A stretch of DNA of 64,000 nucleotides. Origin: Candidatus Heimdallarchaeota archaeon. GTDB taxonomy: Archaea > Asgardarchaeota > Heimdallarchaeia > JABLTI01. This document shows positions 39,669 to 49,922 of the stretch, piece by piece. The notes beneath the pieces are model-generated. The model worked only from the letters and a program-made list of their open reading frames with translations, was not told the DNA's origin and made no database searches. The translations under genes were made by a program, and so were the position numbers. The stretch covers positions 224,001 to 288,000 of the forward strand of contig JABCTZ010000036.1 of NCBI GenBank assembly GCA_018238155.1, in the 5' to 3' direction. Positions within the stretch are counted from its first letter, which is position 1. Each line of letters begins with the position of its first letter.

Positions 39669-40756
39669 CCGTTGTTTGGTGGATACTTACAATACTAGGA
39701 ATATTATTCTTCCCAGGTATTGGCTTCTGTATATCTATTGCATTACTTGATGAATGGATTGACCGGAAGTTTTACGCAGCCTTGCAAGACAGAATAGGTC
39801 CAGAACACGCAGGATTCAAAGGTATTTTACAGCCTTTGGCAGACTTCCTCAAGCTTATGGCTAAGGAAGATGTAGAACCAGCAGCAGCTGATAAATGGGG
39901 TATGCGATTCACAGCTATCATTGGCTTAGCAATACCACTAGTGGCATTATTGTTCATACCAATAATTGACACGACAGGGTTACTCTCATTTGAAGGTGAT
40001 ATTCTTCTCTTGTCATTCTTGACAACATTGATAGCTTTAATCATCTATTTAGCAGGATGGTTCTCCGCGAACAAATTGGCAATGCCAGGAACGATGCGAG
40101 CGGCATCACAACTCTTGAGCTATGAAATACCAATTCTATTAGCAATGTTCGCAGTAGCGTTACGGACACAATCTCTCTCACTTGCAGGGATAGTTCAGTG
40201 GCAACTTGATGCCCACAGACCAACATTATTTAGCTTACCAATGGTAGTCTTCTTCTTAGTTTTCTTGCTTTCATCGCAAGCAGAATTAGAACGAAGTCCA
40301 TTTGATATCCCTACAGCCGAAACTGAAATTGTTGGAGGATGGGAAGTTGAATATTCTGGGAAAAAGCTAGGCTTTTTCCGATTATCTGCAGATTTACAAA
40401 TGGTTTTCTCCGCAGGTTTAGCAGTGACCCTCTTTTTAGGAGGTCCAACTGGTATTGAAATGTGGATTCCTTCCTTTGCTGATTATTTAGCAGGTATCGA
40501 AGGCGTTTCAGCTATGGCAGTTGTTGCAATTCTCTACTATACAACAATGTTTGCTATAAAAACAACAATTATTGTTCTTATACTTTCAGCGTTTAGAGCT
40601 TTAATGGCGAGATTGCGTATTGAGCAATTCTTAGAATTTTCATGGAAATGGGTAATTCCAGTAACACTAGGTGTTTTTGCAATTACATTCTTCTATATTC
40701 CTTGGACAGACAAAGTTGTCTGGTCTCATTGGGAAGGACTCTTTGAGGTAACCTAA
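39665..40756 (+). CDS. nuoH: NuoH-like membrane subunit
   Basis: QDRIGP, QPLADFLKLMAKE, SYEIP, PFDIPTAETEIVGG..EYSG. GTG 39665 overlaps the upstream TGA (track start 39656). Confidence 0.92.
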   Translation: MTVVWWILTILGILFFPGIGFCISIALLDEWIDRKFYAALQDRIGPEHAGFKGILQPLADFLKLMAKEDVEPAAADKWGMRFTAIIGLAIPLVALLFIPIIDTTGLLSFEGDILLLSFLTTLIALIIYLAGWFSANKLAMPGTMRAASQLLSYEIPILLAMFAVALRTQSLSLAGIVQWQLDAHRPTLFSLPMVVFFLVFLLSSQAELERSPFDIPTAETEIVGGWEVEYSGKKLGFFRLSADLQMVFSAGLAVTLFLGGPTGIEMWIPSFADYLAGIEGVSAMAVVAILYYTTMFAIKTTIIVLILSAFRALMARLRIEQFLEFSWKWVIPVTLGVFAITFFYIPWTDKVVWSHWEGLFEVT

Positions 40757-40775
40757 AAAAAGGAGATGAAGAATT

Positions 40776-41195
40776 ATGCCACGACCCGGAGTAATAGTTT
40801 GGGAAGCACTGAGAAATGTTTTCAGTAAAAAGGCAACCATAGATTATCCATTCGAAGAAGGCGTTAAACCTTTAGTTGGTTTGCGTGGTGCACATATCCT
40901 CTACATTGATTTATGTACTGGTTGCAGAGCTTGTCAAAGAGCTTGTCCACCATTAGCTATTGAAATGGTTCCATCCGATTTAACCAAAACCGGAAAACGA
41001 CCTGTCATCAACTTAGGTCAATGTATCTTTTGTGGTTTATGTGAAGACGCATGTCGTTATGATGCACTCTTCTTAACTGACTACATCGAGCTTTCAGCCT
41101 TCCAACAAAAGGAGATGATTATCTATGAGAATGAACCCCCCAAAGGAACAAAAACTTCTGAAGGGGAAGAAAAACCGAAGGAGGAAGACTCCTAG
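40776..41195 (+). CDS. nuoI: NuoI-like 2x[4Fe-4S] subunit
   Basis: TIDYPFE, CTGCRACQRACP, CIFCGLCEDAC. Confidence 0.92.
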   Translation: MPRPGVIVWEALRNVFSKKATIDYPFEEGVKPLVGLRGAHILYIDLCTGCRACQRACPPLAIEMVPSDLTKTGKRPVINLGQCIFCGLCEDACRYDALFLTDYIELSAFQQKEMIIYENEPPKGTKTSEGEEKPKEEDS

Positions 41196-41209
41196 TAAAA
41201 TTACTAGGA
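41190..41209. other. Intra-operon perfect inverted repeat TCCTAGTAA-AA-TTACTAGGA
   Basis: 9-bp arms overlapping the nuoI stop codon. Confidence 0.6.
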
Positions 41210-41234
41210 CGAATTCATAGGAAGCGTGTAAGAT

Positions 41235-41534
41235 ATGGCACTCAACACAGTTTTGTTGATAATACTATTAGTTATAGTGATCATTGCCGCTATTTTCGCG
41301 ATAGAGTTGCGTGATTTAATTTATGCTGCTATTGCTTTAGCTGTACTAAGCATCGCTCTTGCTGGAGTATTCTGGATTCTAAACGCCCCCTGGGTAGCTC
41401 TCTTTCAATTGATGGTTTACGGCGGCGCTGTTACAGTATTACTTATTTCTACTGTAGCACTCACCGAACGCTTTGAAACTGGTGAACCCGCTGAGGATCT
41501 AGATAAACTGCTCCCAGAAAGCAGCAACACCTAG
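41235..41534 (+). CDS. nuoJ: NuoJ N-terminal-like membrane subunit
   Basis: Three TM helices, LNAPWVALFQLMVYGGAVTVL. Confidence 0.85.
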   Translation: MALNTVLLIILLVIVIIAAIFAIELRDLIYAAIALAVLSIALAGVFWILNAPWVALFQLMVYGGAVTVLLISTVALTERFETGEPAEDLDKLLPESSNT

Positions 41535-41547
41535 GAGGAAACTACTG

Positions 41548-41970
41548 ATGAACAGAAAAACAAGATCAATCATTCTATTCGCCTTTAGCATTATCCTCGC
41601 CTTAGGTGTATATGCGTTCATTATGTACGGTTTAGCCGACTTTAATGATCCAAATAATGGTACTAATGGTTTACGAGTAGATGAGTCTAATGATATTGCT
41701 AATCGAGCAATCGGTTATGGTTTAGTTGATCTAAACTCTAGCGATTTTTCCTCAATTGGTCTAGCTGTTGGACACTTTATTTGGGAAACCAGAGCAATTG
41801 ACGTTATTCTTATTGGAATAATGTTGTTCGTTGCATCCGAATCCGCTGGTGCAGTGGTTCAAGGTATGGAAACACAACGCAGCGAATTCCGCACTGAAAT
41901 GTGTGAAACAGACAAATTCATCATCTTGGAAGAAATGAAAGATGGTGAGAAACAAGAGGAGACAGACTAA
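41548..41970 (+). CDS. MnhB/MbhE-like (NuoJ C-terminal-equivalent) membrane subunit
   Basis: Two TM helices; WETRAIDV resembles the R-x-x-D motif of MnhB; sits between the J- and K-like genes. Confidence 0.6.
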   Translation: MNRKTRSIILFAFSIILALGVYAFIMYGLADFNDPNNGTNGLRVDESNDIANRAIGYGLVDLNSSDFSSIGLAVGHFIWETRAIDVILIGIMLFVASESAGAVVQGMETQRSEFRTEMCETDKFIILEEMKDGEKQEETD

Positions 41971-41972
41971 GC

Positions 41973-42311
41973 ATGGCTTTATCGATACCTTTTGACAATA
42001 TCTACTTAATCTTAGGTTTTTCAGTAGCCTTATTGGTTATTGGACTCTACGGATTAACCTCAAAACAGAATTTGATCAAGTTCTTGATCGCTATTGAGTT
42101 ATTGCTCGATGCTGCTCATTTGAACTTTATTGCATTTTCAAACATCATCGGAGGAAGTGCAGGATTAGTTGATCCATTACCACATGTTGTTGTTATACTC
42201 AGCATCTGTGTGGGTGGATGTGTCGCTGGCGTTGCCCTAAGCTTGATAATTCAAGCCTATCGTGTGCATGCCACTTTGAATAGTCGAAGACTAAATCACT
42301 TAAAACATTAG
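41973..42311 (+). CDS. nuoK: NuoK/MrpC-like subunit
   Basis: IGLYGL..NLIKFLIAIELLL, three TM helices. Confidence 0.88.
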   Translation: MALSIPFDNIYLILGFSVALLVIGLYGLTSKQNLIKFLIAIELLLDAAHLNFIAFSNIIGGSAGLVDPLPHVVVILSICVGGCVAGVALSLIIQAYRVHATLNSRRLNHLKH

Positions 42312-42314
42312 GAG

Positions 42315-44447
42315 ATGAAAGAACAGATGTTATTAGAATCTGCAGCAATAATGAACTGGGCTATCCCATTTGCAGGTGCACTAATTACTCCTATTATCGG
42401 CTTTATTGCAGGTAAATTAAAGGAAGGGTCTCAAGCCCAAAACGTGCTCCGAACAATCAGAAATTGGATGGCTGCATTTACATCATTCGTTGCATTTGTT
42501 TTCACAATGTTATTAGTGGTTGATGTTTTCAATGGCCAAGGTGGAGAAGCATTCGTAACCAATTGGTTCTGGAACATAGGCGACAAACCTTTTGCCGCAG
42601 GATTCGGTGTCCTTGTAGACCCACTGACGGTCTTAATCGCAGCATTTGCCTCAGGCATTGGTTGCTTGATTATGATCTATGGTGTCAACTACATGAAAGA
42701 TGACAAGCATCTTGACCGCTACTGGTTCCTTATGCAGATGTTTATTGGCGGAATGATATTCTTAGTAATGTCAAATAATTTCCTTCAATCATTCGTCGGC
42801 TGGGAAATAGTTGGATTCTGCTCATATGCATTGATTGGATACTTCTTTACTAAAAAAGGTCCCCAAGATCCAAAAGAGTTTACCTTGAAAGAGGAAACAG
42901 AAGGTGACTATAATGCTCATGCTGGATTCAAAGCATTCATAACAACCAGAATAGGTGATGTTATGCTGCTCACCGGTATACTCATTGTTTTCGCTGTTGC
43001 TGGTACTTTCAGATATACTGAATTATTATCAGACTTTTCTTGGATCACTGCCCTTCATAACAAGAAGATTCTTGTCTTAACTGCAATCCTCATTTTCGGT
43101 GGACCAATCGGCAAATCCGCACAATTCCCATTGCAATTCTGGCTTCCAGAAGCTATGGCTGGCCCCACAACTGTTTCAGCACTTATTCATGCTGCAGCAA
43201 TGGTCAAAGCCGGTGTCTTTATGGTTGTTAGAACCTACCCAATGTGGTACCTCGGATTACACGATCTACATATCGAAAATCTCCAAATCTACTTTATCTT
43301 TGTAGCTGCAATTGGTGGTTTCACCGCTCTTATGGCAGCGACAATGGGTACGTCCGCAACTGAATTGAAGAAAGTTCTCGCTTTCAGCACAGTGTCCCAA
43401 CTTGGTTACATGTTTATGGGATTGGGTGTTGGTGGCTTAATAGAACCAGTAGGCGGAGTCATGGGATACAACGGCTATTTTGCCGGCTCATTCCATATGC
43501 TCTCTCATGCTATCTTCAAAGCTTTACTGTTCCTTGCAGCTGGAGCTGTCATTCACGCCGTTCATACGAAATATATCGATGAAATGGGTGGTCTTCGCAA
43601 AGACATGCCAAAGGTCTTTTGGCCTATGCTTATCGGTGGTTTATCCTTAGCTGGTCTTCCTCCATTAGGAGGGTTCTTCAGCAAAGAATCAATCTTCGGT
43701 GCATGTTGGCATCTCGGAGAAGAAGGCAACATTGTAGGATGGATATTTTTAGTCGTCGGTGCAGTAGCTGCTGCTATGACATTCTTCTATACGATTAGAT
43801 TCTTGAGCCATACATTTGGCGGAGAGAAAACGGAGCATGTTAAGCACGCAGAAAAAGAACAAGGTGGTCACTTACACAAGTCATCAGCATTGCTTTGGGT
43901 TCCTTTAGTAATCCTTGCAGTTGGTACTATTGTAATTGGTTGGCTTGCACCTGTGGTTGAATTATTCATGAGCAAGAATGACTGGTTTGCAGCAGCAACT
44001 AACTTTACCGTAGCAGATTATCATATCCACTATGGTGAATCTTTGTTACATGCTTTTGGATCATGGACTTCTTTGATAACGCTAGGTGTTTTGTTAGCAG
44101 GTGGTATACCAGCTTACTTCTTATTCATAAGAAAACAATGGGACACCAAAGAAATACTCAAGAAGAACAAGTTTGTAAACGGTATCTACACCTTCTTCTA
44201 CAAGAGATGGTACATGAACCATGCAATCTATTGGTGTTTAAGAAAGTTCAAAGTACTAGCCGAATGGTTATACGAGAACTTTGACTTGAAAGTAATAGAC
44301 AAATCAAACTACTTAATCGCAGCTGGAACAATGAAATCGGGAGAAGTGTTCAGGAAGACCCACACGGGTATTCTTTCAGTGAACTTTCTTTACATGTTAT
44401 TAGGAGCAATAATCCTAATCGCAGTATTATTATTCATTCCATTCTAG
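42315..44447 (+). CDS. nuoL: NuoL/MrpA-like antiporter subunit
   Basis: GWEIVG, GKSAQFPLQFWLPEAMAGPTTVSALIHAA, STVSQLGYM, HAIFKALLFL, long C-terminal lateral helix. Confidence 0.93.
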   Translation: MKEQMLLESAAIMNWAIPFAGALITPIIGFIAGKLKEGSQAQNVLRTIRNWMAAFTSFVAFVFTMLLVVDVFNGQGGEAFVTNWFWNIGDKPFAAGFGVLVDPLTVLIAAFASGIGCLIMIYGVNYMKDDKHLDRYWFLMQMFIGGMIFLVMSNNFLQSFVGWEIVGFCSYALIGYFFTKKGPQDPKEFTLKEETEGDYNAHAGFKAFITTRIGDVMLLTGILIVFAVAGTFRYTELLSDFSWITALHNKKILVLTAILIFGGPIGKSAQFPLQFWLPEAMAGPTTVSALIHAAAMVKAGVFMVVRTYPMWYLGLHDLHIENLQIYFIFVAAIGGFTALMAATMGTSATELKKVLAFSTVSQLGYMFMGLGVGGLIEPVGGVMGYNGYFAGSFHMLSHAIFKALLFLAAGAVIHAVHTKYIDEMGGLRKDMPKVFWPMLIGGLSLAGLPPLGGFFSKESIFGACWHLGEEGNIVGWIFLVVGAVAAAMTFFYTIRFLSHTFGGEKTEHVKHAEKEQGGHLHKSSALLWVPLVILAVGTIVIGWLAPVVELFMSKNDWFAAATNFTVADYHIHYGESLLHAFGSWTSLITLGVLLAGGIPAYFLFIRKQWDTKEILKKNKFVNGIYTFFYKRWYMNHAIYWCLRKFKVLAEWLYENFDLKVIDKSNYLIAAGTMKSGEVFRKTHTGILSVNFLYMLLGAIILIAVLLFIPF

Positions 44448-44461
44448 GAGGAAAAAAGTAA

Positions 44462-45985
44462 ATGTTTCAATACACACTAGTAGTTGCAATCTTTACCCTT
44501 CTCATTTCACCAATATTGGTATTCGTACTAGGAAAGTGGAATGAACACGTTGCAAAATGGACAGCATTCGGTGCAGTACTAACTTCAGCAATATTTGCTC
44601 TCTTAACAGTAGGAGATGTATTACTTCTCGGAGCATATACGGATAATTTAGGTGGCTTTACACTAGATTTGGGAGTAAAAGCTCTCTCTATTAATTTCAT
44701 TCTAGTGGCAGATTCACTAAGTCTTCCCATAGCTGGAGCAATCTATGTCCTCGCACTCGCTGTAATAATGTACAGCTTCGGTTACATGAAAGAACATAAG
44801 AATTTGGGACTCTATTATGCGCTCTTAGTTCTCTATGTTGCAGGAATGATCGGAGTAGTATTCGCAGGCGACCTAGCTTATTTCTATGTCTTCTGGGACT
44901 TGATGTTAATACCATCATACTTCATAATCGCGAACTGGGGTTCAAAACCAAACTCAGTGAAGATTGCATTCAAGTACTTCATCTTTACACATGTAGGTGC
45001 TATGGCAATTCTCATCGGTATTGGTGGACTCTGGGCATTCTCAGATTTCGGAGTAACAGGTGGTGCATTAACAATGGCTGGATTTACTCTCAGCAGCGGC
45101 ATCGCATCATCAACAATAAGATTGTTGACTTTGCTCTTCATAGTAGGATTTTCCGTCAAAATGGCGATATTCCCACTTCATACGTGGTTGCCAGATACTC
45201 ACGGTGAAGCCCCCACACCCATAAGTGCTATCTTATCCGGTGTAATGATTCAAACGGCAGCATATGCTATACTTCGGATCTGCACAGATATTATTGGCGT
45301 AGATGGTATGGGCGGATGGATGCGTTGGTTATTGATTGGCTTTGCTGTATTCACTATGTTATACGGCGGCATCATGGCAATAGCACAAAAGGATACCAAA
45401 AGACTCTTCGCGTACTCATCTATTTCGCAGATGGGCTACATCTTCTTCGGACTTGCCACCTTTACATCATTTGGTGCAACAGGTTCTATGTTTCACATCA
45501 TCAGCCACTCGCTCGCGAAAGGATCCTTGTTTTTGGTAGCAGGAATACTCATGACCCAAGTCGGTCATCACAAAGGACGTGAAATCAAGAAACTAGGCGG
45601 TCTTGGATTAAAGATGCCTATTACCGCAATTGTTGCTATGGTAGCAGCACTAAGCCTTGCAGGAACTCCACCGCTGGCAGGATTTATGTCAGAATGGATA
45701 ATCTTCTCAGGTGGCTTAGCCGCAAACGATACATTAGGAATTATAGCAGTAATATTTGCTATTCTCTCAACGGCTTTAACAGCGACTTATGTTCTTCTCT
45801 TCTTGAAGGATGTATTTTTGGGACCAGTAAAAGAGGAATACAAAGATGTCACAGATCCAAGTCCATATATGTGGGTACCCTTGGTTGTCATGGCAATCTT
45901 AAGCCTCGTAATTGGTATATTCCCAAAGAGTGCACTAATTTTCATTACAAATTATGTTGCACCATTATTCGCCGGAGGTTCATAA
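44462..45985 (+). CDS. nuoM: NuoM-like antiporter subunit
   Basis: [32 protein letters not shown]. Confidence 0.9.
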   Translation: MFQYTLVVAIFTLLISPILVFVLGKWNEHVAKWTAFGAVLTSAIFALLTVGDVLLLGAYTDNLGGFTLDLGVKALSINFILVADSLSLPIAGAIYVLALAVIMYSFGYMKEHKNLGLYYALLVLYVAGMIGVVFAGDLAYFYVFWDLMLIPSYFIIANWGSKPNSVKIAFKYFIFTHVGAMAILIGIGGLWAFSDFGVTGGALTMAGFTLSSGIASSTIRLLTLLFIVGFSVKMAIFPLHTWLPDTHGEAPTPISAILSGVMIQTAAYAILRICTDIIGVDGMGGWMRWLLIGFAVFTMLYGGIMAIAQKDTKRLFAYSSISQMGYIFFGLATFTSFGATGSMFHIISHSLAKGSLFLVAGILMTQVGHHKGREIKKLGGLGLKMPITAIVAMVAALSLAGTPPLAGFMSEWIIFSGGLAANDTLGIIAVIFAILSTALTATYVLLFLKDVFLGPVKEEYKDVTDPSPYMWVPLVVMAILSLVIGIFPKSALIFITNYVAPLFAGGS

Positions 45986-45989
45986 AACA

Positions 45990-47507
45990 ATGAATGTATT
46001 CTGGATACTCCCAATACTTATACCACTTGTTGGTGCAGCATTAATTGGTATACTTGGAAAAATAGCTCGCAAAGAATCAGCTAGCTGGAATTTAGCTTAT
46101 GCAGTAATCGCTAATGTTTGTTTATTAGCAGTTCTCGGAATTCTAATATCATTCCACACTTCATTAGGCTCTATTGTCAGCACTGAACTTAGTTGGAACA
46201 TTGGACCTGATGTAGGTGCAACTTTCAAAATGGACCATTTAACTTGGTGGTTAGTACTAATATTCGCCATCTTGGGTTCTGTCGTATCAATCTACAGCAT
46301 CAAGTATATGGATCACGACGATCGTATCGACCGATACTATCTTCTCTTACTCATACTTGTAGCAGGAATGATTGGTGTGATCATGTCAGGTGACATGTTA
46401 ACATTGTTTATCTTCTGGGAAACGATGAGCATAGCAAGCTATGTTCTTGTTGCTTTCAGAAAAGAACAACCAGAACCAATCGAAGCAGGTATCAAGTACC
46501 TCTTCATGTCTGCTTTTGGAAGTGTAATGATCCTCTTCGGAATGTCCTTAGCTTACGGAATCACTGGAACACTAAACATCGCTTCTATTGGTACTATCAT
46601 TGCAACCAAATTTGCTAGTGGTCTCTCTGGAGTTCACTACATAATTATTGCAAGTCTTATCATTGGTTTCGGTGTCAAAGCAGCAATCGTTCCATTACAC
46701 ACATGGTTGCCTGATGCACACCCCGCAGCTCCCAGCGGAATTTCCGCTATGTTGTCAGGTGTTGTCATCATGACAGGTATGTACGGTATGATCTACACTC
46801 TAACATCCTTCTTCCGACCTTCTGGAACAAACATAGGCTTTATCCTTCTCTGGATAGCAGTTATTACTATGGTTGTTGGAAACCTCCTCGCTTTACGACA
46901 AAACGATCTCAAGCGTTTGCTTGCGTTCTCTACAGTTCTCAACGTAGGTTTCATACTCTTCGGTCTTTCTATGGCCCTTACAGGCATTGACCAAGATGTA
47001 GCTCTCATAAGCGTTCAAGGTGGATGGTTCCACATCTTTACTCACGCCCTTGGTAAGGGATTAGCTTTTCTTGCCGCCGGAGCGATTATCTATCGCATCG
47101 AAGATCGTGGTTTAGATCGCATGGAAGGCATCGGTAGAAAGATGCCCTGGACAATAACGGCTCTCACGGTAGCTCTTTTGAGTCTTGCTGGTGTGCCTCC
47201 TCTTCCAGGCTTCTGGTCCAAGCTAAGCATTGTAATTGCAGCTGTTAGCTCTGGTAACTGGCAATATTATGTTGGAATAGTTCTATTCCTACTCTCTAGC
47301 GTCATCTCAGTAGTTTATTATTTGATTGTTCTACAGAAACTTTGGTTCAGCGAAACCAAAGAACATCTCAAGGATGTCAAAGAAACACCTATTGAAATTC
47401 TAATACCATTATACGTATTAGTTGTCGTGATGATTATTGTTAGTATCATTCCAGGCCGATTTGAAATGTTGGCCAAGCAAGCTGCTGAAACGGCAATGTT
47501 ACTGTAA
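45990..47507 (+). CDS. MrpD/NuoN-like antiporter subunit
   Basis: [48 protein letters not shown] 45990 preferred over the track start 45954. Confidence 0.9.
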   Translation: MNVFWILPILIPLVGAALIGILGKIARKESASWNLAYAVIANVCLLAVLGILISFHTSLGSIVSTELSWNIGPDVGATFKMDHLTWWLVLIFAILGSVVSIYSIKYMDHDDRIDRYYLLLLILVAGMIGVIMSGDMLTLFIFWETMSIASYVLVAFRKEQPEPIEAGIKYLFMSAFGSVMILFGMSLAYGITGTLNIASIGTIIATKFASGLSGVHYIIIASLIIGFGVKAAIVPLHTWLPDAHPAAPSGISAMLSGVVIMTGMYGMIYTLTSFFRPSGTNIGFILLWIAVITMVVGNLLALRQNDLKRLLAFSTVLNVGFILFGLSMALTGIDQDVALISVQGGWFHIFTHALGKGLAFLAAGAIIYRIEDRGLDRMEGIGRKMPWTITALTVALLSLAGVPPLPGFWSKLSIVIAAVSSGNWQYYVGIVLFLLSSVISVVYYLIVLQKLWFSETKEHLKDVKETPIEILIPLYVLVVVMIIVSIIPGRFEMLAKQAAETAMLL

Positions 47508-47550
47508 AACAAAATCGTTTACAAAATATAGAATTGCATGAAGTTTTTCT

Positions 47551-48720
47551 TCATGCGTTCAACTCTTTTTTTCTCTCTTTTCTTTGCCATTTCCATTTGA
47601 TTGTTTTTGTAGATAGAATTACCAATATTCCTCCAATGATGCCCGGTATAAGTACATTGAAGAATGTTTGTAGAATTGAAAGATTAATTGAAGCCGCATT
47701 GAATGAATCTGTAGTCATATTATTGTTTACAATCAGTAGTCCTAATAACACTCTAATAACCATATCTCGCACACCAATTCCACTAATGCTTATAGGAATA
47801 GCCATTGCAGAAATTGCTGCAACACATAAAACCGCTATAACGATTAATGGATTCTGTACAGAATTGAAGATTTCAATTTCAAATGCTTCTAATAAAATGC
47901 ATCCTTGTAGACCCAACAAAACCCAAAAAGTAACTGAAAGAGCAGCTAAAAGAATGTACTGCGACCATTGGTAATTCTTCTGGTGTTCATAAAAATCAGT
48001 AATTATTTCTTGAGAAGTTAACTCTATCTTGTTCTTTGCATTCTTTTTCTTGAACATTTTTGAAAGGTATTTTAGTATGAAATTTAGAATTGGTTTTGAT
48101 ATTTTTTCATTAAAAACTACTGCGATTAAACCAATGAATATTAGAAATCCAACACCAATAGCTCCTGGTATCCACCAAACAATTGAAGTAAATTCTAGTT
48201 TCATTATAGCTACTGGAACAGTAATACCTACAATGATGAATATTCCTGTTAAATCTAACAATCGATCAAATATAACAGAAAAAACCGATAAACCCATTTT
48301 GATTTCCTTTTGTTCTTTTGAGAGATACACTGCTCGTAAAACATCACCTATTTTTGCTGGAGTAATACTTGATCCAAAGGAACCTATAAGCACTAATCTC
48401 ATTGCTTGAAAGAAATGTATACTGTATCCGTGAGGTTTAAAAACTAGTTGCCATCGAATAGTTTTGATGATAAACAATAAGAAAGTACAACCTATTGCTC
48501 CAAAAATGAGTGCGATATTTGCATTTACTAAAGATTGTAAGATTAATTTTGAATCACTACTTAGTATCAAGTAGGTCATTAGTCCTAATGCGACAGTAAT
48601 ACCAAGAGCGAATTTCCAATATTTTTTCACTAGTAACTTTATTTGAGAGTCTTCACGCCTTTCATCTGGTTGTTGTTCATATATCTCTACTCTTTCAAAT
48701 TGGATGTTTTTTTCCGTCAA
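47551..48720 (-). CDS. Lysylphosphatidylglycerol synthase TM / UPF0104 flippase-like membrane protein
   Basis: IRWQLV, TPAKIGDVLRA, FDRLLD, PISISGIGVRD. Confidence 0.85.
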   Translation of the reverse strand: MTEKNIQFERVEIYEQQPDERREDSQIKLLVKKYWKFALGITVALGLMTYLILSSDSKLILQSLVNANIALIFGAIGCTFLLFIIKTIRWQLVFKPHGYSIHFFQAMRLVLIGSFGSSITPAKIGDVLRAVYLSKEQKEIKMGLSVFSVIFDRLLDLTGIFIIVGITVPVAIMKLEFTSIVWWIPGAIGVGFLIFIGLIAVVFNEKISKPILNFILKYLSKMFKKKNAKNKIELTSQEIITDFYEHQKNYQWSQYILLAALSVTFWVLLGLQGCILLEAFEIEIFNSVQNPLIVIAVLCVAAISAMAIPISISGIGVRDMVIRVLLGLLIVNNNMTTDSFNAASINLSILQTFFNVLIPGIIGGILVILSTKTIKWKWQRKERKKELNA

Positions 48721-48773
48721 GTTAAACCCTTAAACAAGTCTTTTTCTGTCAATTCTACATCCATATTTTCCTT

Positions 48774-49793
48774 TCATGGGCTAAAGATTTCCGCTGAACT
48801 AAATTCTCTCTCAATCAATTTCTCGCTTGCGAGGAGTTTGCCATAGTTAACATCTTCCCAATATTGTGTGAAATCTTCTACAGCATCATAAATCGTTTTC
48901 TTGGGATGGTAGCCTAATAATCGTTTAGCTTTTCCAATATCTGCAAAAGTATCTTTTACATCTGCCTTGTTCATTTCACTATATTCTAGAATGGGTTCGA
49001 TGTCAGTTACTTCAGCTACAATGGCAAGAACTTCATTTACTGAAATCCTCGTTCCAGCACCTACATTGAATATTTGATGTTTTGCTTTTGGCATTGTTGC
49101 TGCTAAATGAAATGCTTGAACAATGTTTCCAACATGGGTCCAATCTCTAGTCTGATTTCCATTGCCAAAAATATTGATAGTTTCTCTATTTAGCACTCTT
49201 GAAATGAAAATATTAATAGCCATATCTGGGCGTTGCCGTGCTCCAACAACAGTAAATGGTCGAAGAATAGTGGTATCAAATTCAGGATAGAGATGATTGC
49301 ATACTGTTACTAATTTTTCACTCGTTAGTTTTGAAACACCATAAAAGCTAATAGGTTCTGTTGAATGCTCCTCATCCATTGGCATGTATTGAGTGGCACC
49401 GAAAACAGAAGAACTGCTAGTGATAACTGCTTTTCTAACATCATTCTCTCGAGACACAGAAAGAACGTTAGATGTTCCTTCCACATTTATTCTTAAAGCC
49501 ATTTCAGGATTTTCAGTTGAATACCGTACTCCAGGTTGTGCTGCTAAATGAATGACCGTCTCAATTTTATTTTTATGAATTGCTTTCACTAATTGTTTCT
49601 TAGAGAGAATATTTCCTTCAACAATTGTGCCACCTAGATCTTCAACATCTCTAGCATTTCTCCATTTCAAATATGGCGAATAGTAATCAGAAAAGCTATC
49701 GTAAATCGTTACTTTTTCATCCATTCCGAGAAGATATTTTGCTAAATGATGTCCAATAAATCCTGCACCACCTGTTATCAAGAAATTAGTCAA
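48774..49793 (-). CDS. NAD-dependent nucleotide-sugar epimerase (UDP-glucuronate 4-epimerase-like)
   Basis: TGGAGFIG, HLAAQPGVRYS, YGVSK, RPDMA. Confidence 0.9.
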   Translation of the reverse strand: MTNFLITGGAGFIGHHLAKYLLGMDEKVTIYDSFSDYYSPYLKWRNARDVEDLGGTIVEGNILSKKQLVKAIHKNKIETVIHLAAQPGVRYSTENPEMALRINVEGTSNVLSVSRENDVRKAVITSSSSVFGATQYMPMDEEHSTEPISFYGVSKLTSEKLVTVCNHLYPEFDTTILRPFTVVGARQRPDMAINIFISRVLNRETINIFGNGNQTRDWTHVGNIVQAFHLAATMPKAKHQIFNVGAGTRISVNEVLAIVAEVTDIEPILEYSEMNKADVKDTFADIGKAKRLLGYHPKKTIYDAVEDFTQYWEDVNYGKLLASEKLIEREFSSAEIFSP

Positions 49794-49922
49794 TTTTTGT
49801 CAGCTCTTTAAGTGAATTCAACCTATCACTTGGGAATTTCTTATTTAAAGAGCTAACTGACAAAAATAGTACTCGAAATACTAAAAAAAAGAGTAAATGT
49901 GAGGAAAGTTTTACGAAACGGT

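Noticed and set aside
37020-47507. Canonical NADH:quinone oxidoreductase (complex I)
   Set aside because: The D subunit keeps both Ni-binding CxxC motifs, B has CxxC rather than CC, and nuoEFG are absent
47534-48409. Plus-strand ORFs 47534-47974 and 48029-48409, and the other short ORFs antisense to or nested in long genes (e.g. 13398-13979, 27549-28079, 9838-10191)
   Set aside because: Shadow frames of well-supported genes with no recognisable motifs
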